DNA of 64,000 nt, from the NCBI GenBank assembly GCA_051362555.1, contig CM120640.1:44308788-44372787 (forward strand), read 5' to 3'. A program made the position numbers and the translations under genes. This stretch comes from Lingula anatina (taxonomy: Eukaryota; Animalia; Brachiopoda). Each line of letters starts with the position of its first letter. Position 1 is the stretch's first letter. Shown piece by piece: positions 1 through 14,700 of this stretch. Under the pieces are notes generated by a model, which was not told the DNA's origin, ran no database searches, and was given only the letters and a program-made list of their open reading frames with translations.

Positions 1-655
1 TCAGCTAATATATGACACTTTGCTTTAGCGGAAGGTGCCTCAAAATAGGGTGGCATTTGACCTCGGAGGTCAAGCAATCAAAGCAGGGTACCTGATCCTT
101 GACTCGCTAGTTTTTTATTTCCCCCGCCACGAGCGACAACAAAAACCGCATGCATTTACATTAATAGAATTCAGGTGGAACCTTCTTTAAAAGTTATAAA
201 TAAGATTAACTAGTTTTTAAGTGAATCTCGAAACAAGAGCTAATTCATTTATCTTCCCCTCGCGTTAAGTTATTGAACACTATGTCTCTGTTTCGTCGGG
301 ATAAAAGCCACCGAATAAAAGTTTACTTTTCTAAGTAGTTAATTTCTTCGTAAGGACGTAGCTCGTCTTTACACACTGGGACCGTTGTGTGAAAGAGACA
401 CAAGGTATACTTGAGTTGAGAAGTCGACCCCACACCTAGCACTATACACGCACACAGACCAAAGAATACCCCATGTTAAGAGGGGTTATCAGTGCAATCA
501 CAATTTAACTTATGTCAACGAAGAATGTTTCGGACAGGAGACGCGTTGGCATCCTTTGTTTCATTAATTTGCATTAGATTTCGTTCCATTGAAACTACTT
601 AATAATTTTTTCCGCTTAAAGTATTTGATTTGTCGCACTCCCAGTAGAAACTCAC

Positions 656-862
656 CTTTTCGGTTCACTTCTATAAATGAGATCGAATCTTGCTATCTGT
701 GATGCATCAGATCGCAGCCGCTGATTTTTCTTGACTTGCTCCTTGAAGATCGCCTAACAGAAGAACTTCCCCCAACGAGCTCTGGGCATTCAAGTGACAA
801 GCTAGCTCAATAGCATGCGCAGGGGTTGCTTCCCGCCGCTATGCACTTCAGTGTCTGTCAAC
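656..862 (-). other. Putative non-coding (5'UTR) internal exon of a minus-strand gene continuing left of the window
   Basis: Minus-strand acceptor TTTTTCTTTCAG|G at 863/862 and donor AAAAG|GTGAGT at 656/655. The 207-nt exon has stops in all three frames and three short AUG-initiated uORFs. Confidence 0.5.
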
Positions 863-2611
863 CTGAAAGAAAAACACACGATACGCCCAAATCATGGTTG
901 TGCTGAACGCAGCAGACAAGCCTCCCCGCCGGCTAAAATTCACATTAACAAATGTAAAAAAGTTCAGTCAATCGTAACCCTCACTGCGTGGCCTGCATTA
1001 AGTCTCGGAGATATAGCCTAGAAAGTGTTATTTGCTATTTAGAAAAAAAAAAGGTGCGCACACCTAAGAACGGTGCTACTGTAGACATTTGGGCTTGAAG
1101 TCAGTGTCACGAGCAAAACAGACCTCGACCTTCTTAATGACACAGTTTTATGACTTAAGCAATTAAGTTGTCAAGTGAAGCGCTTTTTATAGGCAAATAA
1201 CTAACTGCTGCACATGAACAATTGTGAGGGGGTCGTTTAATAATGTAGATGCGAAACATGATCATGAAACTTTCAGTTTCATATTCAAACAGGTTTTTGT
1301 GGCAACAAACTGGGGATTTAACAAACTTTATTCAAATGGAGTTAATGAAAAGCCACATACATTCCCCTTGCGTGCTTTTGTGGAAACGCCGTGGATTAAA
1401 ATTCATTCTTTGACATATCATTCATAAGTACTGCGACATTCAGCATTGTCAAAAATGACTTTGAGTCACCGGCGTAACATGCGAAGAGATTACGCTGTTC
1501 GTAAACGCAATTCTAAGCGCCATATTCTGTTGACAAACGTGATTTTGGCAAGGTAACGGGGGTATGCAAAACGTTTGTACGTAATACACTTTACTGGTGA
1601 TGCCACTGTTGCAATTTAATTGTACGCAAGCTCTGTCCAATTAGACGATGCTTCGCATCTTGAGCATTTCGGACGTGATTATTTGAATTTGAGATATCAC
1701 TATTAGAAACCATGGAGTGCAATACCTGAACAGAAACCAATGATATTGTTACGGAACAAAACATACACGTCTCTCATTCACGTCAACTTCGCCAGGTAGC
1801 ATAGTAAACAGAGATCAAATTACCACTGATCGTTAAACACCACAAAACGGAACTGTTATGTTTCTCATTTTATTATGATGCAACGACCGGCCAATATTTA
1901 TGTTTAATCTGCGGTTTTTGACGCACTTGAATGACTAAACTGTGAGAAGGATCTGTCAAAATCCCCTTAACAGCGATCAAGGGTTCAAAATTAATTAACC
2001 GGACACCCGACTCTCGACCGAAGTAATTTAACCCGACACCACTACACGATTTGTGAAGAAATGAAAAATAAATATCAATTGACAAGGTAAATTTCACCCA
2101 GACATCCATAGGTACCAAAAGATGCATATTACCTAACTACAGCAGTTGTCTTATAAACTAGCATACTTTAAGTCTAGACAGGATTTTCCATTTTAGTCAC
2201 AGGATTTCCGCGACTAGAAGAAAAAACATAGATCTTTCAATCTGTGTAAAGAGGTTTCAACTTAACGTGTGTAATGTAAAATAATGAACACGGCTCGAGT
2301 GCAAGCTACACTATTATCTATCACAAATACTCTTAAGGGTGAATGATTTCACAACAGCTTTTGATATACATGATGTGTGCGTAATAAAGCAAAAATGGAC
2401 TGGCGTTTAAAAAAGGACGGAAATACTTCCACAAGCGTGGGAGTTCCAACACATCACCCATTGAGACATTTTGTGGCCTAACTAAAACAATGGCCACACT
2501 GCCATCTAGCTCCATTAGAATTAGTTTCAACCATTTCTAGTGCATACGGTTTCTAATGTCAGAGGGTGACAGTGGATATAGACAAGGCATTTTTTGTAAT
2601 TGGCTATGTTT

Positions 2612-2797
2612 ACCACAGCAGATGAAAATGGTTAAAGGATCAAGAACCTACTCACGACCTCTCCTCTCTGCTAATCGAAGCCTTACACTACCAGCATAGT
2701 AAAAACCACAGCAGGTGAAAACGTTTAAGAGATCCAGATCCCTTTTCTTGCCCTCCCCATTTTACTGATCGAGCCAGTGCACTTTCAGCACAAAAAA
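2612..2797. repeat. Degenerate two-copy tandem duplication, about 93-bp unit
   Basis: ACCACAGCAG(A/G)TGAAAA...GATC...CTCC...CT(A/G)ATCGA...CAGCA starts at 2612 and again at 2705. Confidence 0.6.
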
Positions 2798-5700
2798 ATC
2801 CAGTGTTTTCAAGAAACCTGTGGCATCTTAATCGTTTAATCAATGATTAAGCTATGTTCACTTCTTTACAAAATAAGTCGTTTTGATAAAGTGAAGGGGT
2901 ACTCTGTGACAACTTGGTATTATCGATTTTGCTCCAAAAAATTTACAAACATCAATTAGTTAAATGCAAAATTCTATTAATGTTTACCGAAATCTATGCG
3001 AATCTTTCGTTCTAAAATACAGACATTCTGTCATCAGCAAAGCAACAATGTATAGGATCTTAATGCATATTTCGTGACCCGTGTTTAAGTTTACAAAATA
3101 AAAAAAACAACAGGCACTGACTGCAAAAGTATGCACTAAGATCAAATGTGAATTGACGAGTTGAAAATATCAAGTTCCAAGAAGATATTTGTATACAGTG
3201 CCGTTTCATTTCATTTTATTTCGCCCATACCCCTAAATGGGGTCATCCCAGCCTCATATACGTATTTCACTCGAGAATTATTCTGCCACTTTGAAAAAAA
3301 GATGTTCTCCATAAAACTCTTTTGATATACACAATGGGCAGTAATCAGAGCCACGGAAAAAGTTGTACGCGGAGCACACATATAAACAGCGCATGTAGAA
3401 GTCGATGGTATTATTTTGTTCTACATATGTCAGACAGTCTGGTAGCGTACCCATGCATTATGGTCTGCAATCACATGTTAAACTGTATTACAGAACTTTG
3501 GTCAATTTAAATATTGCATGGGTTTTATTATCCCCAAATCACCAATGTTTACCTGCTCTCAGTTTATATTTCTGTCTTCTGATTCTTGTCTACGAGTACA
3601 ATTAAGGATGATCATCACGACTTTTTCTACTAAATTGAGTTTGAAGATTGCAGTGGTTGTTTAAAACAAATGATGCAAAGTGAAGACGCGTGTGACGGAC
3701 ATAAGTTGTTCAAAAAGCCTAAAGAAAATGCAGCATTACGAAAATGAGATAATGTTTTTTTTCGTGAGGGCTTTGTGGAGAAGGAAAGGTAACAACGCCA
3801 GGGAGCACCATAATGTAGTGACAAAGACGCTGTCCATCAAAACCACTGTATGACACTCGACGTGGGCCACATACTGTTTTTCATAAAGTCGCGCGACGTT
3901 TACTCAAGTTTTGCAGTCATTGTGCCTCAAAAGAGTCAATTTAAATCAAATAATGATAGCAATCACTTGTTAAAACGAACTCATTTAACAGTCCGAGACT
4001 TTGTTGGATGAATAAATATGAATAAAAATACACAGTCAACATCAGAACTTTCCAAAGCAATGTCGAAGTAGCCAAGTGATTAAAACGACACCGTATCATT
4101 CGGACTAAATAAATTTTAATCTAATTTTTCTGTCCAGACGAATAAATACTATTTTCTTTCGGGGTATTTCGTCTACGAGTCTTAATGCTCCATTAGGAAT
4201 GTAACGCACCGTCCACATTAAAATCCATTATTGGTCATTCCAATATAATTTGGTCAGCCTGTGTGGTCAGTAATGCGTGACAATCTATGCGATCTCTCTG
4301 TGTTTTCTGTGCAAATAGATCTTCCTGAACAGTTATTTTATGGAAAGAAGATCGGGTAATCATTACAGGAACAGACAAAGAAGACACCGAGACGAGATTT
4401 CATCCTTTAATGTTAGCGGATGGAAAATATCACTATTTGTAAAGTGTCTGATAGAATTAGCGAAAAGTTGCATTCACAAAGTAAATGCCATACCATACGT
4501 TTTCCTTCAAGTTATTCAAGAAAGTTTTCTCCAAACATCTTTAGGAAAACATGACCGATCTCCTTTCTACACTCATCCCCATCCGCCTGTCGCACTGCAG
4601 TGGACTGGATGACCTTATTATTTGAAAATTATTTTAAGTAAGTAAATTAAAAAAGAATATGTCCCAACACACGACTGCAAGAATGAAATGTAACTTATGA
4701 CCATTCACTAGTACTTTGGCATTACAAGTAAACCACGCATGATTTTCACACGAGGCAACTCTTCTCCCTTCCCGCGCTGTAACCTCTTACCTGGACTGTA
4801 TTTCGAAGCGCCGTCCCTAGGGCGATGGTCCACCGAAACAATGTATTATGTGGTGACACGATCTCAGTTTTGGTCGGAACAAACCCAGACTACAGCTCTG
4901 CAAGGCATATTAATACGCCAATGCCTTGACTGTCTACTGTCTCTCGCAGAGATAGGCAAGACGTGGAATTCAAAACCAACACCAGCCCAAGATGTGGAAA
5001 GATCCCATTATGAATGAATTGGACCGAATGAGTCAAGTGTTAAATGCCCCCTTAAAGCTTTTAAAAGTCCCAAAGTCAAAAGAGGATCACCAGTTCCTCA
5101 ACAAAGCAAAGGTCAATAAAAATATAGTGTATCTAGTTTAAAATTCGTACATGTATTAACGTAATATTTACCGGCCTGCCTGCCTGTCTGTCTGTCTTTT
5201 TGCATGCCCGACCGCGCTGGCCACATTGCAAATGTTCTTTTAAAAGTATCGGACAAAATGGTATGTGAACCAAACAAAAGTAATATCCACACAATATAAA
5301 CCGTTCGAAGAGATCTCTGCATCTTGTTATTATTAATTTCCTTTCAGAGCATCACCAATGTGTTTAAGTCGATCAACTTTTCGAGAGCTACAAAAAATAG
5401 GTTATTTCTATGTTAATAGGATTAATTTGGTATCATTAGTTCACTGTTGATCAAATCAAATTTCAATTTGTCGAGACGTTCGGATGCCATAAAACTTATT
5501 CTTGTCTCCATGCGTCAGGACTCCATTCATTCAACGCATGACACTGATCTGAAAACCAGAGTTGGAACAATGCTTGTTGTTCTTATGACACTCATTACGC
5601 TCCATTCGGGTTAAAAAGAGCAGTGTTATCAATTTACGACTTAATCACCCAATAAAAGGCTTCAAGAAAGAATTTATTTTATTGACCTAACACTTTTTTA

Positions 5701-8700
5701 TGCACTCTGCGTTATAAGTATCAGATGCAATAAAGAGCCTCTTCCTAGAACGTTCCAGATGAATAAAAACGAGGCAGAGCTTAAAACAAACTTCATAACC
5801 ACATGCGTAAAAAAATCAGATCTTTGAGATACTAGACACGGAGATAAGTTGTGGAAGAGGCTCCGCTGAGTCAAGTCATTGTTCAAGAATGGAAAGGCTA
5901 CAACAGTGTCCTATGTATGGTGTTTAGCTACCCATAGCAGGTTATATCAACAGTGGTAACCCCTTTGACCCCCACGATTGTCCACGGTTTCCTTAACTGA
6001 TAAGCTAGACGATGCCTCTAGACATTTACAGGTTCTCTTTAGTCTCCTAAGGTAACAAAAAATGCTCAATATTCAATGCATGTCTGCTTGACTCTATTTC
6101 AATACGTAATGCATAATGGCAGTGTTGTGTGTTTCAGTACCATGTCCACTTTGTATGCATGGAACGATGTCGGTGTCAATGTCATAAAATCATTGCTCAT
6201 TTAGATCATATTTGTGTCAGTTGCTCTACTTTAATGAAGCGTTCAATAATTTGATGATAATAATAAAGCTTATTCAATTCGCTCCAGCGTGGGTCGACAG
6301 CTTCACTTTATGACTAATCATATCCGCCCTTTTTAAAACGTAAGTGTATGAGTTTTTTTTTCTTTTTACAAAATGTGTGAATGTAAGATAACACTAATAT
6401 CTGCAGTCCGGCAGAGTTTAAACTCGTGCTTTGAAACTATCAGTAAATAACACATCAACTTTTATAATTTTCGTTGTTTCACTTGATAATTTTAGTATTA
6501 TAATTGTGCTTTAGAGTTACATTGGGAACAGCAGCGAAACTAAAATATCCGTACAGTAACGGTATACAGGACATTAAAATAAATAAGTGTACGCATATAC
6601 GCACTAACGTACACAATGTACACGCTATTTTATCGAAGATGCAAATTTGTATCACTGTGCACTTAACCAACGTAATCACATTAAGGAATGCAGCAATTAT
6701 GCGTCTGACAATGTACAAATGTATGTATGCATCAAACTGACGGAACCTAACCAACATCTACCCCAAAATTCACCTGAAATGTGAATGCCTCTTTAAGTTC
6801 CAGCACAATGAACCATTGTGAAATTGTTTTGTATGTTCAGCAATTAAAGCTGTCTCACATGAGTACAGGGGGCACCAGAGCCCAGTCTGGTATTGCGACT
6901 CCAAGTCACGTCCTATTTTACCGATAGGAACAAGACCTTACACTTGTTAATCTCATCCTGGGGCTTATAATTGGTACATGTGCTAGTTCGGTGTATACTA
7001 TTACAGGTGATTGCACATGTCAGTTGCCAAGAATTCGGTAAGATCGGGTGAAGGTTTTGCATGTTAGTTTCTACTAGTATTGGAGACAGCCATTGGTTTC
7101 ATTTGTACTGTTTCAACCGATGACAGAAGATCACCAGTATGTCACATTGAATACTGAGATTATACTTAAATGTGTTGTCAATAAAAATATACAGAGAACA
7201 TTTACAAAACGATGACTTTTTTTAATGAAGGCCATGCACGAGTTAATAGCCCTCCAATCTTCTTTCCCAAACCTCTAAATCTCAAGAAGGCACATTTCAA
7301 AAAGAAGGAAACAAAGGAAAGAAGGGGTAGGGGGTTTTCATGATGTTGCGACGCTTGTCCTGTACAGGGTACGCGGGAACAAGCCAAAGACAGAAATCGG
7401 TCAGAGGCGGGTCATTTAGGGTCAAAAAGACAATATCACTGATATCAACGATAGCAGCTGTGTAACCTTAACTGCTATTCTGTCGATCTTCATGACCAAA
7501 GTGTTGTACACCCTTTTTCTTAATGAACGACTCTGAGAAATAAAGAAGGTCACATACATTGGAATGAGTTCTTTCTGTAGTAGGCGATGGATGACGAAAG
7601 ATCACACTAAAATAGTAGAAAAAGTGAATTCTAGAAATAGTAAAACTAGGTAAGTCTTTAACTCAATGCACCCTGGCAATATGCCACGTTGAAAAAAAAC
7701 AATGCAAACTAAACGGGGACAAGAAAATAGTCGCTGTCGTATTTTCTCGTAAAGATAGTTAAACTATATAAAACTAACTAAAGATATAGCCTGCCGGTAA
7801 ACCTGAGAGTAACCCGAATACAACACCTGGGTGCTCAACAAAGAGATCTGAATCTTGAAAATCATTGTAATTTATCATTTGAATAAATCTTATTTTAACA
7901 GCGTTTTGAACGAATTTACACACTAACAGGGCCCTAACCGAGATATCCTTCAGTTGAGAAATTGAAGGACCGAAACCGAAGTCTTCGCCTGTACTAAGCA
8001 AACATAATTATACGTACGAGCAAAAACAATTGTTTAAAATCATTCTTTGGTTATATGATACCTGGAAACACGGGACAATCGAATCAGAAAGATAATCACA
8101 TTATCTCAAATGTTGGTGAGGACTGGTAAACGAAGTACTGCATATGCGGTTTTTAATGGCGAAGTGCTCCAAGTACTGCTGCAGAACACCGGAGAAGTGA
8201 AACGCAAACCATTATTGAATCAGCTTGCTAAGTGATAAATTTGATATATATGACAATATACGTTGTGTGTGAACAAATTAAGACTTCACTTGGCCCTTTG
8301 CTCCTTGTATTTGTCGTGGAGCACTTTGCTGGTGAGAAAATGTCATTTTTACGCCAGCAATGTGATTATGCGAAAACGTCATGGTGTCGAAGGCCAACAA
8401 TCTTATTCATTGCGTCATGTTGCCTGTCTAGACGCAGCGCGTTAAGAACAAGGTGTCGTATTAAAATCAATATTAGTGGAATTTTTTTTCAAGTTGTTCT
8501 ACCTGTATTGTGCAAACAAAAAGAATAAAATAACTTAGTTCAGTACGCTTTTTAAGGATTGCCTTTTAAACCACATAACCTCACTTAGGGCATCCGAGTG
8601 TTTGTCATATAACGCGACACCTTTTGATTATTACTGGGTCAATCATTTGCGACATGTTTGTGACAGATGACATTAAATACGTTTGACCCAGTCAAGGTCA

Positions 8701-11700
8701 CTTAGGGACACAGCATGTCACGCCGCTGGGCCCGGCGACATCGAGGCGAATTGACGGTGACCAACTTCGCAGACAACTAACGTGTATGCCTGTTAAGCGT
8801 CGTTCATGTACATTTAAGCATAACGTCTACCTGTCTCCGGTATTCCAGGCTGCATGTACATGTAGTCGCCAGGAGAAGTTTTGATACGTGAAACGAGAAA
8901 CCGATATCCACCTACCAACTTTGGTCTCCTTTTCAAAAAATGAATAGACACGCATGCATGTGCACACTAATGGATACACGCGCACACTCGCACCACACGC
9001 ATTTTTACATGCCTCCAAAAAGACATTATTTAAAGAATTTCCTTTCAGCGTGAGATTTATTGGCAGAATGTCGGTTTCTTGCCATGAACGGCTAATTCAC
9101 AAGAAAAAAAAAGAAAAGTAAAACAAGCGCGCGTTTCAACAGTTTCCCACACAATGATTACCCTTTTGTTCCTTAACTCTCCATAAGTTAGATTGAGTTA
9201 AATTCCTTACATTCACCTGTCACCTAATAAAGCGCACACACACCTGCGTGGTACAGGTTTTTCAACAGAAGAAAAAATGAACATTTTGAAGTCATGAAAG
9301 AGAGCTAGAATATGATCGATAGTTTATAATATTCTCAGTTATCAACAGATGTGCTCTATATAATGTCTTTTCGTTCTAGTCCCATGCGCAATTTACATAC
9401 TTGTATTTGGACTCCAAATATCAACTTCTGAAGGTGCTATAATGATACAGAGAAGATGCAGAGTTTTCTCTTTCCTAACTTTTAGTATTGGCGATAGCAT
9501 CAGCATCGGTTTGTAAATAAATAAAATGGACCCCAGTGGCATATTATGATTTAACGACAAGTTGACAACAACATGCTTTCCCGACCGCAAGATTGGCACC
9601 GATGTCGGTTTCGCTGGAGGAGATATGTTCCCATTTCTTCCAAAGTGTATGACTTAACCTATGAGACCCCCTAAATTTTATGAATACATTCAAAGTTCGA
9701 ATTAATTTGCGGAGAAAATGATCGAATAGCTGCATTGGGCGTATCAAATGAACGCCACAGACCAAAGTAGCATTCTTGGCCACAGAGGGGTTCTGGTAAC
9801 CCATTCCTGAATAAGAACGGTTAAATCCTTCGCCAGAGCTTTTCAGCATTCTGATAGTTGTTTCGATTAAGGGGCATTTCTTGGGGTGGATGGCGACGAC
9901 AAAGGACGTTGAAAGCATTGGAAATGGACTGTTGAAATAGAAAATTAATAGCCGGATTGAATTCACTATTCACAATTATCATAGTAACTCAGGGCAAATT
10001 GCTGTATCGTTGACAGTCAAGATGCCAGTCAAGCACGCTTCAACGCTTTCCTAACATATTAACACGTAAACTATGATTCAGTCAATTGTTTAAGGGTGCT
10101 GTTTCACCTTTCATTCATAAAAGGGCAGATTATTCACGCGATATCTGCCCAAAAGTCATGTCTACACTGGCTGGAAGGATGTGTAGATTTGGAAGATTAG
10201 GAAAAACATTTGGAAATGGAATGTAGTGTGGCAACTGTGTATACTTATCGCAGGTTAATTGAATTCTAGTAGATAAAAGGAATACAGCTGTAGCGCTATG
10301 TGACCATACATTAATTAAGTGTAGATCAGTCTAAAAACGACGAATCCTAACAAGTAACCCAAAGCTGATGCGAAAATGCGCCTACACCTGCGGGCCGTGG
10401 AATGGATAGTCTACATTGGTTAAGCAAATAATATGCCATCTATATTTTTCACAAAAGTGCATTTTATCCCCCTCCCCTCTCTGTAGGTTTATCAATTGAA
10501 GGGATTAAGGCTATTACATTTTATAAAAATGCTTTTACTACTCTTTAGGTGTGCTCGCATACATTCGTATGCACGCGCGTCTCCTTACTTGCATTCAACA
10601 TAAGTCATTTACAAACTGATTTCGTTTCATATCATTTGCTTTTATGAATCTGACATTAATATTTAGGTTCAAATGAAAAAAATTATACAATACAAAAACA
10701 TTTCATTCACATTCATAATCAACGACTCTCTAAAATATTTATCAATTACATTATTTTATTAATTACAAAACAAGTTTGAGAGCCCAATAGCGATAGTCAA
10801 AAGATCTTTGTGAAAAATCACATTGAAATAAAACGTTGCGTCAGTTGATAGTGCTAACTAGCTCACAATACACGAAGTTTCACGTGAGTTACATTGCAAC
10901 ACCAGTACATGATTTATGTGTTTTTGTGGGAAGTACAACACCTGTTTGTGACTTGATTAAAACATCTCCCAGTCAATGACATAACCATCTATCTTTTACG
11001 GCCTCATTGCCATCTCACAACGACTAAAACAAAGTTATGGTAAAAGTACTTTAAAGCGTGCTCTTAAAAAAGGTAAAGAACTGGTCGACTTCCTTAAGGG
11101 CAAAATTGTATTTTAGTCATCCAATTTCAAAACTTAATTGTCATTCTGCATTCAGCTTACCTGAAGAAATATTGCGACTAGTCTGACTTTTCCTATGGTA
11201 CTCCGCCCTTACAACTACACAACCAAATCACAAACTGAATAACTGAGTGGCGTCTGTAATTTTGAAGTTCGACAGGCCAGTTGCTTCGATAGTTTACCTC
11301 ATACCTCAGCCACCCAACTGAGCACGACTTTTTGCCTATGGTTCTTTACGTATGAGTGTATGACAGAAAGGGACGGGGTAAATACGTGTTTTGCGTACCT
11401 CCAACTGCCCAATGATTTTGATAGGGGAGATATCGATTTCATAGACTAATTCTTATCTGACATGTTACATTGGAACTTCTTAAAGTTACAAAGTTATAAT
11501 TAAAGATAGGAATCATGTACGAATTACCTTTCCTTTTGATATAGAAAAGGAAGCGGTAGACTGTAAGGAAGTCTACGGTGCAGGAAAAATTGGATGTAAT
11601 TTAAGCTCACTTCATATCTTTTGCATCACTTTCTGACACTTTCCTTTTGACTATATTTAATTTCATCATTTTGAAATTGCTTCATCTGATGAGTTTTCCA

Positions 11701-14700
11701 GCTGACATTACCCTAGGGCAAGTCTTCTCCCGTTCGACCAAGAATACCTTAACATTCTCAAGTTAAATATCAACGGTACTCTGTATATATCGTATTCTCC
11801 CCTGACAGCTTCACAACTCATCGGCTATCATCGACGAAGGCAATTTTGCACTATCATATAACGAAATCATGACGGCCCAAAAATGTAGCTACACGTCCCC
11901 TCTTACAACTTGTCGAGATCTTTAAGAAGGATAAATACGTGAAATTACATCTGGTTGAATAGGACGGTGTAATTCAGTACGATAAGGCCTTGCCCTTCGT
12001 CCCGTCTGCACATTTGTCATATATTGATATCCACAACACCGCTTGTCCCCAGACAAATGGCGGGCCAAGCGACACGGTTAACGTATCAGCCTTTCAGACA
12101 TGGGAGCATTTCTAGTAGGTTAACTAAATTTGATCAGCGCTTCAGTACACTTTCCATTTTTAAAAAATATTCGATCAGCAAGAGGGTTGTTCTTAACAGT
12201 CTCAATTCGCACGCCAGTCCTTCTAGATTTTTGTTCCAAAGCTGTACATATGTACCTCTTTTTATATTTTTTCATTGACATAAAACTCACAAATGCGCGT
12301 ATATACTCTAAGCATTTCAGAAGCTAGATCCTTTTGGTCATTTTTTTTTTTACATGAATGTCCAAAAGCAATCTGCCACTGTAGGAGGAAGAGCAGCAAT
12401 TAAATTATATCTAGCAGACCTGTTTGGAGCGTTCAGCAGTCTAGAATTTCACTCTAGAACCCATTGCACAGTAACTTGTATTCAAGGCAAGGTATAAATA
12501 ATCAGTTTCGATTTGGCACTTTGAGTTTGTCTCTTTGATTGTTACTGGATTCCAATCGCCATATCATAGTATATCAGAAACACTAATTCTAAGTTTGACG
12601 GCGTTAAGGTTTTATAAAAATACTTAGAGACAAAAAAACCCTGATATTGAAAAAACTGCGTTTAATTGCGAAAATCCTATCTTCCTGATCTAATGTATTT
12701 GATAAAAACACAAAGTAAGATAACTATGACTTTAATTGAAAATAGAGATAACAAGAGAAAAGTATGACTATCTTACCTTCCTAAGCTTTGGAATACCTCA
12801 GCAGTCTTAGGTGATCCTGATAAGACCGTGGGCCTGGCAGATACAGAAGACACGTCGATATCACAATAAACGGAATGCTGTTCTTTTTAGTCCAACGTCA
12901 CACGCTGTCAAACCCAAACCTCAACCGTTACACCCCACTTAACGCCGGCGACTGTGCACGAAGTTGAGGGTAAGGCTGGAAAAGACGCAAAAACAACAAT
13001 AGCACAAACAGTGTACTTAACCCCTCAACCTGTCTGCGGTTTCTTATTTATGCGCAAAATGTATTTCTGTTTAAAAAACGAAGAATAAAAAACTATAGAC
13101 TCTAATTTTGTGGTCAAATAATTTCATTTCCAGCAGATTAACGGTGTAACCTCCTTAAAGGATGCTTGTGAATAAAGCATTTATTATGCAGTTCACTTTA
13201 ATCTTCCAATTTTTCTTGATGTGGTTTGAATTAAAAAGGAAGTGGAAGGGGGACGCCTTCCGCTCTCTATAACTGGCAATTCCGCGCATTTGTGTTACTT
13301 GTACTGGCAATTTTCTTCGCAAAGTTCGTCCACCATAGCAGTATTCCTTTATAAAGACTACCATTCAAGCAGTCCATAATTATCTTATAGTTTTCATCAG
13401 ATATCTATTACAATTGTGGAACACATATGTGTAACAGTTGATACAGAAGAGAGAAAAGAGTTCAGATGCTTGAACATTTTTGACGTAATATTGTGTTTTA
13501 TTTTTTCCCCCTCTGTCTATAACAGGCGAAAAGAATGGAGAATGCAGATGCATGGGACGGTTTTATGTAGATTGCTTGTTTTGGCAAAGTATTACTAGTA
13601 GTGCAGCATTGGGATGCAGAACACATTTCACTTATTTTACCCCTTGATGCTAAATAAAAGTTAGATTTGCGCTGGATGGAAACATTGAATACGTTCAATG
13701 GCCATCTGAACTTTCTTTCTTACGGTTGAATTCTTACTTTAGTATAGTGTCCTTTGCACATCTTAAAAATACACTCTCAGCAAAACTCGTTTAATGAAAA
13801 TTGAGTAAGAGTTAAAAGTCAATACATCTCTATTTTGCACGTTAACTCGTCAGGAAAAGATAACTCAGAGTTACTCAAATGCGAACAATCGCACAGTTAA
13901 TTAGAAAATGGTACTGCTGTAAAAGGAATCAACAGAAACAAACGTAGCCCCGAAGGTTAATGAAAAGAAAGGGTTTGATTGTAAAGGACGAAGATGTAAT
14001 TTCATCCACAACCCAAAATATTTTGCCCTAGAAACGTAAAGTCCGTGGCTTTGGAGAAAAAGTGGGAGATATGTTTTGACGGCCATTGTCTTTGTTTTGT
14101 TTGGGGACCACCCTTGTGACCTCCAGGGACTGGAATAAGACCTTTATTTCTACATTTTCCAGTTGACATTTTTGTCACCATGTTATTTTCGTTGGGTCTA
14201 ACAAAATAAGATCAATTGTCTTGCCCCTACGGCTGCTGTTTCTTTTCTCAATACTCATTGTAAAGCAGGTAGACCCTCTACAAAGCGTAGGAATAGCAGA
14301 GCAATAACTGCATATTCATTGACTGGGTTTTTCATATCTGTCTCTGTAGACACGTTAAACTGTAGATTCATCGATTTAAAAGAACTGTTGTTCACATAAG
14401 TACATCTTAGCTTGATTCTTGTTGAACAGCATGTAGGTAAATACTTAAAGCACTGGCTGAGTGGGATAAATGTTCAAAGCACACTAAAAAGTGCCGTTGG
14501 CAATGTCACCCTGTTATTTTTATTTTTGATAGCACTATAAAACTAAACATTCTTCTCATGCTAGAAAAATAATAAGAAAACCAGGTATTGTCCACTAGAT
14601 TAACTGCGAAATAAGAGCTTTACCTCATGTAAAATCGCCCTATGTAGTAGGTGCCGCCTGTTTCAGAAAAACGAAGAAGAGAACCTACAATAAGTTGCTC

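Noticed and set aside
6860-7200. Degenerate SINE-like stretches (also about 14270-14490)
   Set aside because: Faint resemblance to invertebrate SINE cores, but too decayed to define boundaries or family without a library search.
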